Assembly (NCBI RefSeq): GCF_031538885.1 | Contig: NZ_JAVKLW010000053.1 | Span: forward strand, 25,158 to 89,157 | Reading direction: 5' to 3' | From: Limnohabitans sp. | GTDB lineage: Bacteria > Pseudomonadota > Gammaproteobacteria > Burkholderiales > Burkholderiaceae_C | Length of the DNA stretch: 64,000 nucleotides | Part shown: in pieces, positions 60,157 to 64,000 of the stretch | Numbering within the stretch: the stretch's first letter is position 1 | Layout of the letters: each line of letters opens with the position of its first letter | Made by a program: the position numbers and the translations under genes | Notes under the pieces: model-generated | What the model saw: the letters and a program-made list of their open reading frames with translations, nothing else | What the model was told of the DNA's origin: nothing | Databases searched by the model: none

Positions 60157-61588
60157 GCTTCTGCTGGCGCGTAGGGCATCGCGTAAAGACCCCATTGCTT
60201 TTGCCGAGTTCGTCGATGTGCCTGGCAGGCCTGTAGGCCATGACGAAGATTGCGAGGATTTCCGCAAAGCTGAATCGAAGCTTGCCACGCATCACAAGCT
60301 GATCTTGGATGCGATGGAGCGCACCAGCCGCACGCCGCATGGACGCTTGATGATCTTTGCGCCGCCTGGCAGCGCAAAGTCGAGCTATGCGAGCGTGGTG
60401 TTTCCCGCTCACTACCTCGGGCGCGAGGCAAACCGCCGCGTAATTCTCGCGAGCTACGGTGACACACTGAGCCGTAAGATGGGGAGGCGTACTCGGGCCA
60501 TCATCAAGCAAAAGCGATACGGGCAGGTGTTCAACACCGGCCTGTCTGCTGAATCTTCGGCGGCTCACGAGTTTGGGCTGACCAACGGCAGCGAGTACAT
60601 GGCGGGCGGCATTCTGTCCGGCATCACCGGCAACCGCGCCCATGGCATCGTGATCGATGACCCCGTGAAAGGGCGCGAGGATGCAAACAGCGAGGCGGTC
60701 AGTCAAAAGACTTGGGACGCCTACAACGATGATTTAAAAACCCGCTTAGTGCCTGGCGGCTGGATCGTGTTGATCCAAACGCGGTGGAGCCAAAAGGACT
60801 TGGCTGGCCGCATCTTGCCCGACGAATGGAAGGGCGAGAGCGGGCCTATCAAATGCAAGGACGGGCAGACATGGGAAGTCCTGTGCCTGCAAGCCAAGTG
60901 CGAAACAGACAGTGATCCGCTGGGCCGCAAGCGCGGCGAGTATCTTTGGAAAGAATGGTTCGACGCCAAACACTGGGCGCAGTTTGAAAACCTGCCCATG
61001 ACGTGGGCGAGCCTGTATCAGCAGATACCAAGCCCAGCCGAAGGCAGCTTGTTCGAGGTGGGCAACATCTTGACGGTGGACGCGATACCCGCTGGCTCGA
61101 TCAAGCTGGCGCGTGGCTGGGACTTTGCATCAAGCAAGGACAAGGGCGACTACACGGTAGGCGTGAAGCTGGGCCGGTTGGCCGACGGCCGCTTTGTGAT
61201 TGGCGATGTGGTGCGCGGGCAGTGGGAGACGGACAAGCGCGATAGGTATTTGGTCAACACCGCCGCAAGCGACGGGAGGCCAGTGCTGCAAAGCATCCCT
61301 CAAGACCCCGGCTCCGCTGGCAAGTCGTTGATCTTGTATTTGACAAGGCGGCTTGCAGGGCACCGCGTTACATCCAGCCCCGAAACGGGCAAAAAAAAGA
61401 CACGCGCCGAACCAGTGGCTGCACAGGTCAGCGCCGGCAATGTGTTGATGCTGCGTGGGCCTTGGAATACGGCACTGCTTGACGAGATGCGGTTATTCCC
61501 AAACGGCAGAAACGACGATCAAGTGGACGCACTTTCCCGGGCCTTCGCCGAGCTACTGCAAACGAAAAACACTTTTTTGGGGTTCTGA
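60122..61588 (+). CDS. terL: Terminase large subunit
   Basis: APPGSAKS, IVIDDPVK, RGWDFAS, NDDQVDA. Confidence 0.93.
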   Translation: MSNSQRLQQAARLLLARRASRKDPIAFAEFVDVPGRPVGHDEDCEDFRKAESKLATHHKLILDAMERTSRTPHGRLMIFAPPGSAKSSYASVVFPAHYLGREANRRVILASYGDTLSRKMGRRTRAIIKQKRYGQVFNTGLSAESSAAHEFGLTNGSEYMAGGILSGITGNRAHGIVIDDPVKGREDANSEAVSQKTWDAYNDDLKTRLVPGGWIVLIQTRWSQKDLAGRILPDEWKGESGPIKCKDGQTWEVLCLQAKCETDSDPLGRKRGEYLWKEWFDAKHWAQFENLPMTWASLYQQIPSPAEGSLFEVGNILTVDAIPAGSIKLARGWDFASSKDKGDYTVGVKLGRLADGRFVIGDVVRGQWETDKRDRYLVNTAASDGRPVLQSIPQDPGSAGKSLILYLTRRLAGHRVTSSPETGKKKTRAEPVAAQVSAGNVLMLRGPWNTALLDEMRLFPNGRNDDQVDALSRAFAELLQTKNTFLGF

Positions 61589-63222
61589 TGTTCGACTTTT
61601 TCAATCGCTTCAAGCGTCCCGAGACGAGGGCTGATGCAACGCCCAAGAAGGGGCGCGCGGGGCTTTTGACGGCAGTAGACGGGAACGTGCACCCTGACAA
61701 GCCCGAGGCTGTGATTCGGATTGCGTTTGACCGCGCCTTCCAGCGTCCGGCACTGTTTGCCGAGCCGCGTACCACGGCAGCGATGGACGGCAAAGATGCG
61801 CCCGCCAACGCCACCGACGCAAGCGACACGGGCATCATGGAAAACAAGGTGCAGCAGTCGCTCACCGGAAACCCTCAGCAAATGGCGTGGTTTTCTCAAG
61901 CGTCATTCATCGGTTACCAAGCGTGCGCGCTGCTGGCGCAGCACTGGCTGATCGAGAAAGCGTGCTCACAGCCAGCGGTTGACGCGGCGCGCAACGGCTA
62001 CGACATCACCATCAACGACGGAGAGAGTGGCCTAGACGATGTGGAGCGCCTTCGCGCCAATTCGCAAAAGTTGAAGGTCGCTGAATCGCTGGTCGAGTTC
62101 GGCACCAAGGCCCGCGTGTTCGGCGTGCGTATTGCCATGTGCGACTTTGGTCTTCGCGGCGCAGACCTAGAAGCCCCGTTCAATATCGACGGGGTGACGG
62201 CCGGCAGCTACAAAGGCATCAAGCAGTTCGACCCGTACTGGATCACGCCTGAGCTAACGCAAGACTCCATCGACCCGCTGTCGCTGGACTTCTATGAGCC
62301 GACTTACTGGCGCGTGGGCTCGCAGCGCATCCATAAATCGCACCTCGTTGTCGTGCGTAACGGTCATGTGCCCGATATTTTGAAACCGACGTACTTTTAC
62401 GGCGGCATCCCCATCCCGCAGCTCATTCGGGACCGCGTGTACTCATCAGAGCAAATGGCAAACGAAGCGCCCAAGCTGGCAATGTCCAAGCGGTTGAACG
62501 TGCTCAAGTGCGACATGGAATCCGCCATGCTCAACCAAGCGGCGCTGGTCGAAAAACTCGAATTGTTCGGGCAAATCAGAGACAACCACGGAATCAAATT
62601 GGTGGGGCACGATGACGAGGTGTCGCAGATCGACACCTCACTTGCTGATCTTGATGAAGTGGTGATGACGCAATACCAGCTCGTCGCCGCCGCCGCTCGT
62701 GTACCAGCCACGAAACTGCTGGGCACCACGCCCAAGGGCTTCAACAGTTCCGGCGACTACGAGCAAAGCAGCTACCACGAAGAGTTGGAGAGCATCCAAG
62801 AGACGTTTTTCACGCCGCTACTCAATCGCCACTTTGAAGTTCTTTGCCGCTCTGAGCGCATCAGCGCCGATGTAAAGATCGAGTGGAAGCCATGCGACAG
62901 CCCGTCGGCCAAAGACCTCGCTGAGTTGCTCAAAAACCGTGCCGATATGGACGCGGCCTACGTAAACATGGGCGCACTGCTACCCGAGCAGGTGCACAAC
63001 CGCTTGGTGAACGACCCCACCAGCGGCTACTCGGCGCTAGAAGGCGAACCCTATGAAGAAGTTAACCCTAACCCAAGCGAAGGCGCGGTGGGGAGCCAAG
63101 GCTCGCCCGAAGGTGGTGGAGGGGCTGCCCCTGCACCGTCCAGTGCAAGTGGAGCAACGCTACGCGGAAAGCCTGCAACGGCTGACCCTGCAACTCCAAC
63201 AGGAAACGCGCAGGGCGGTTGA
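61588..63222 (+). CDS. Portal protein (DUF1073 family)
   Basis: Follows terL; YEPTYW, IHKSHL, IPATKLLG-like VPATKLLGTTPKGFN. Confidence 0.85.
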   Translation: MFDFFNRFKRPETRADATPKKGRAGLLTAVDGNVHPDKPEAVIRIAFDRAFQRPALFAEPRTTAAMDGKDAPANATDASDTGIMENKVQQSLTGNPQQMAWFSQASFIGYQACALLAQHWLIEKACSQPAVDAARNGYDITINDGESGLDDVERLRANSQKLKVAESLVEFGTKARVFGVRIAMCDFGLRGADLEAPFNIDGVTAGSYKGIKQFDPYWITPELTQDSIDPLSLDFYEPTYWRVGSQRIHKSHLVVVRNGHVPDILKPTYFYGGIPIPQLIRDRVYSSEQMANEAPKLAMSKRLNVLKCDMESAMLNQAALVEKLELFGQIRDNHGIKLVGHDDEVSQIDTSLADLDEVVMTQYQLVAAAARVPATKLLGTTPKGFNSSGDYEQSSYHEELESIQETFFTPLLNRHFEVLCRSERISADVKIEWKPCDSPSAKDLAELLKNRADMDAAYVNMGALLPEQVHNRLVNDPTSGYSALEGEPYEEVNPNPSEGAVGSQGSPEGGGGAAPAPSSASGATLRGKPATADPATPTGNAQGG

Positions 63223-63919
63223 GCGCCTCTACAACGGCGACACAGCACAAGAGTTTTTTGCCGAAGACGCATCCATCGCGGCAGCGGTAAAAAAGGTCTT
63301 CAGCAAGCTGGCGGCTCGGTTCGACGAGTTGTTTTCGCTGAACGCCCCCAAGATGGCCGAAACCATGCTGAACGGCGTGGACAAGCAGTCCACCACCGCG
63401 TTGCATTCAAGCCTCTCGAAACTCACGGGCGGCATGAGCCTGAAAACCTCAGTGGTGTCGGGCGACATGAAACAGGTGATCGCAGCCAGCGTGTCCAACA
63501 ACGTTGATCTCATCAAGACCATCGCCAGCGAATATCTCGACGGCGTGAAGCAGGCGGTGAATCGCTCCATCGTCACAGGCAATGGATTGGCTGATCTTGT
63601 GCCTTTCCTCGACGCCTACGACAACAAAACACGCAACTATGCCAAAAATCTCGCGCTCGACCAGACGCGCAAGGCCTACACAGGCCTAAACAAAGGCCGC
63701 ATGAAAAAGCTAGGCGTGAAGCAATTCACCTGGCTGCATTCGGCTGGTGGTCAGCACCCGCGTAAAGAGCACCAAGCCTTGAGCGGCCAAGTGTTTGACC
63801 TAGACGACCCGCCCGTCATCGGTGTGATGTACGGCGAGGAGGTGCGCGGGCTGCCGGGGCATCTGCCCAACTGCAAATGCACCATGAAACCCGTCATTAA
63901 ATTTGGAGATGAAGAGTGA
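63053..63919 (+). CDS. Head morphogenesis protein (SPP1 gp7/MuF family)
   Basis: ALDQTRKAY, FTWLHS...HPRKEH, PGHLPNCKC. Confidence 0.88.
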   Translation: MKKLTLTQAKARWGAKARPKVVEGLPLHRPVQVEQRYAESLQRLTLQLQQETRRAVERLYNGDTAQEFFAEDASIAAAVKKVFSKLAARFDELFSLNAPKMAETMLNGVDKQSTTALHSSLSKLTGGMSLKTSVVSGDMKQVIAASVSNNVDLIKTIASEYLDGVKQAVNRSIVTGNGLADLVPFLDAYDNKTRNYAKNLALDQTRKAYTGLNKGRMKKLGVKQFTWLHSAGGQHPRKEHQALSGQVFDLDDPPVIGVMYGEEVRGLPGHLPNCKCTMKPVIKFGDEE

Positions 63920-64000
63920 ATCAGATAGGACAGACCATTACTGCTTCAATGGATGGCGGGTTCAATGAGTCTGACCATCCGCGAGGCGAGGGAGGTAAGT
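63916..64000 (+). CDS. Partial ORF after MuF carrying an FNESDHPR..GK motif
   Basis: GTGA overlap with the MuF stop; VNQIGQTITASMDGGFNESDHPRGEGGK, cut by the window edge. Confidence 0.6.
   Translation, partial: MNQIGQTITASMDGGFNESDHPRGEGGK

Larger units (their letters stand above)
47270..64000. mobile_element. Lambdoid prophage, left part; continues beyond the window
   Basis: Order int-xis-recombination-pL-immunity-cI/cro-cII-O-DnaC-Q-terS-terL-portal-head gene, adjacent to a tRNA 3' end; attR not in window. Confidence 0.95.

Noticed and set aside
61588-63222. DUF1073 protein as anti-CBASS Acb1
   Set aside because: Size and position between terL and MuF indicate a portal; no paired HxT/S phosphoesterase motifs are evident

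Overview
Betaproteobacterial chromosome segment (Comamonadaceae-like, possibly Limnohabitans; inferred from gene content and protein style) in three parts. (1) 1-4045: the 3' part of a Type III restriction-modification operon with a DUF4160/DUF2442 toxin-antitoxin pair inserted between mod and res. (2) 4054-47269: core genes (rng, msbA, carAB-greA, rlmE-ftsH-folP-glmM, a two-subunit NAD-linked formate dehydrogenase, fbp, pepN, prfB with its programmed frameshift, plsY, murB, argG, folC-dedD-cvpA-purF-metZ, gltX, tRNA-Ala/Glu/Asp), plus a purT remnant and palindromic repeats, two of them in frame inside the FDH alpha subunit. (3) about 47270-64000: the left part of a lambdoid prophage next to tRNA-Asp (int, xis, recombination, immunity, replication, Q-like gene, terminase, portal, head morphogenesis), running off the window and carrying several deletion scars. 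Best leads: a ~400-nt untranslated pL leader with long strand-polarised RNA stems; a phage protein with an RMF-like C-terminal domain; an intact three-gene DUF4258-DUF2283-HTH module beside higBA and HipA-like kinase remnants at the rexAB position; and the TA pair embedded in the RM operon. All family calls come from motif recognition by eye; no searches were run.
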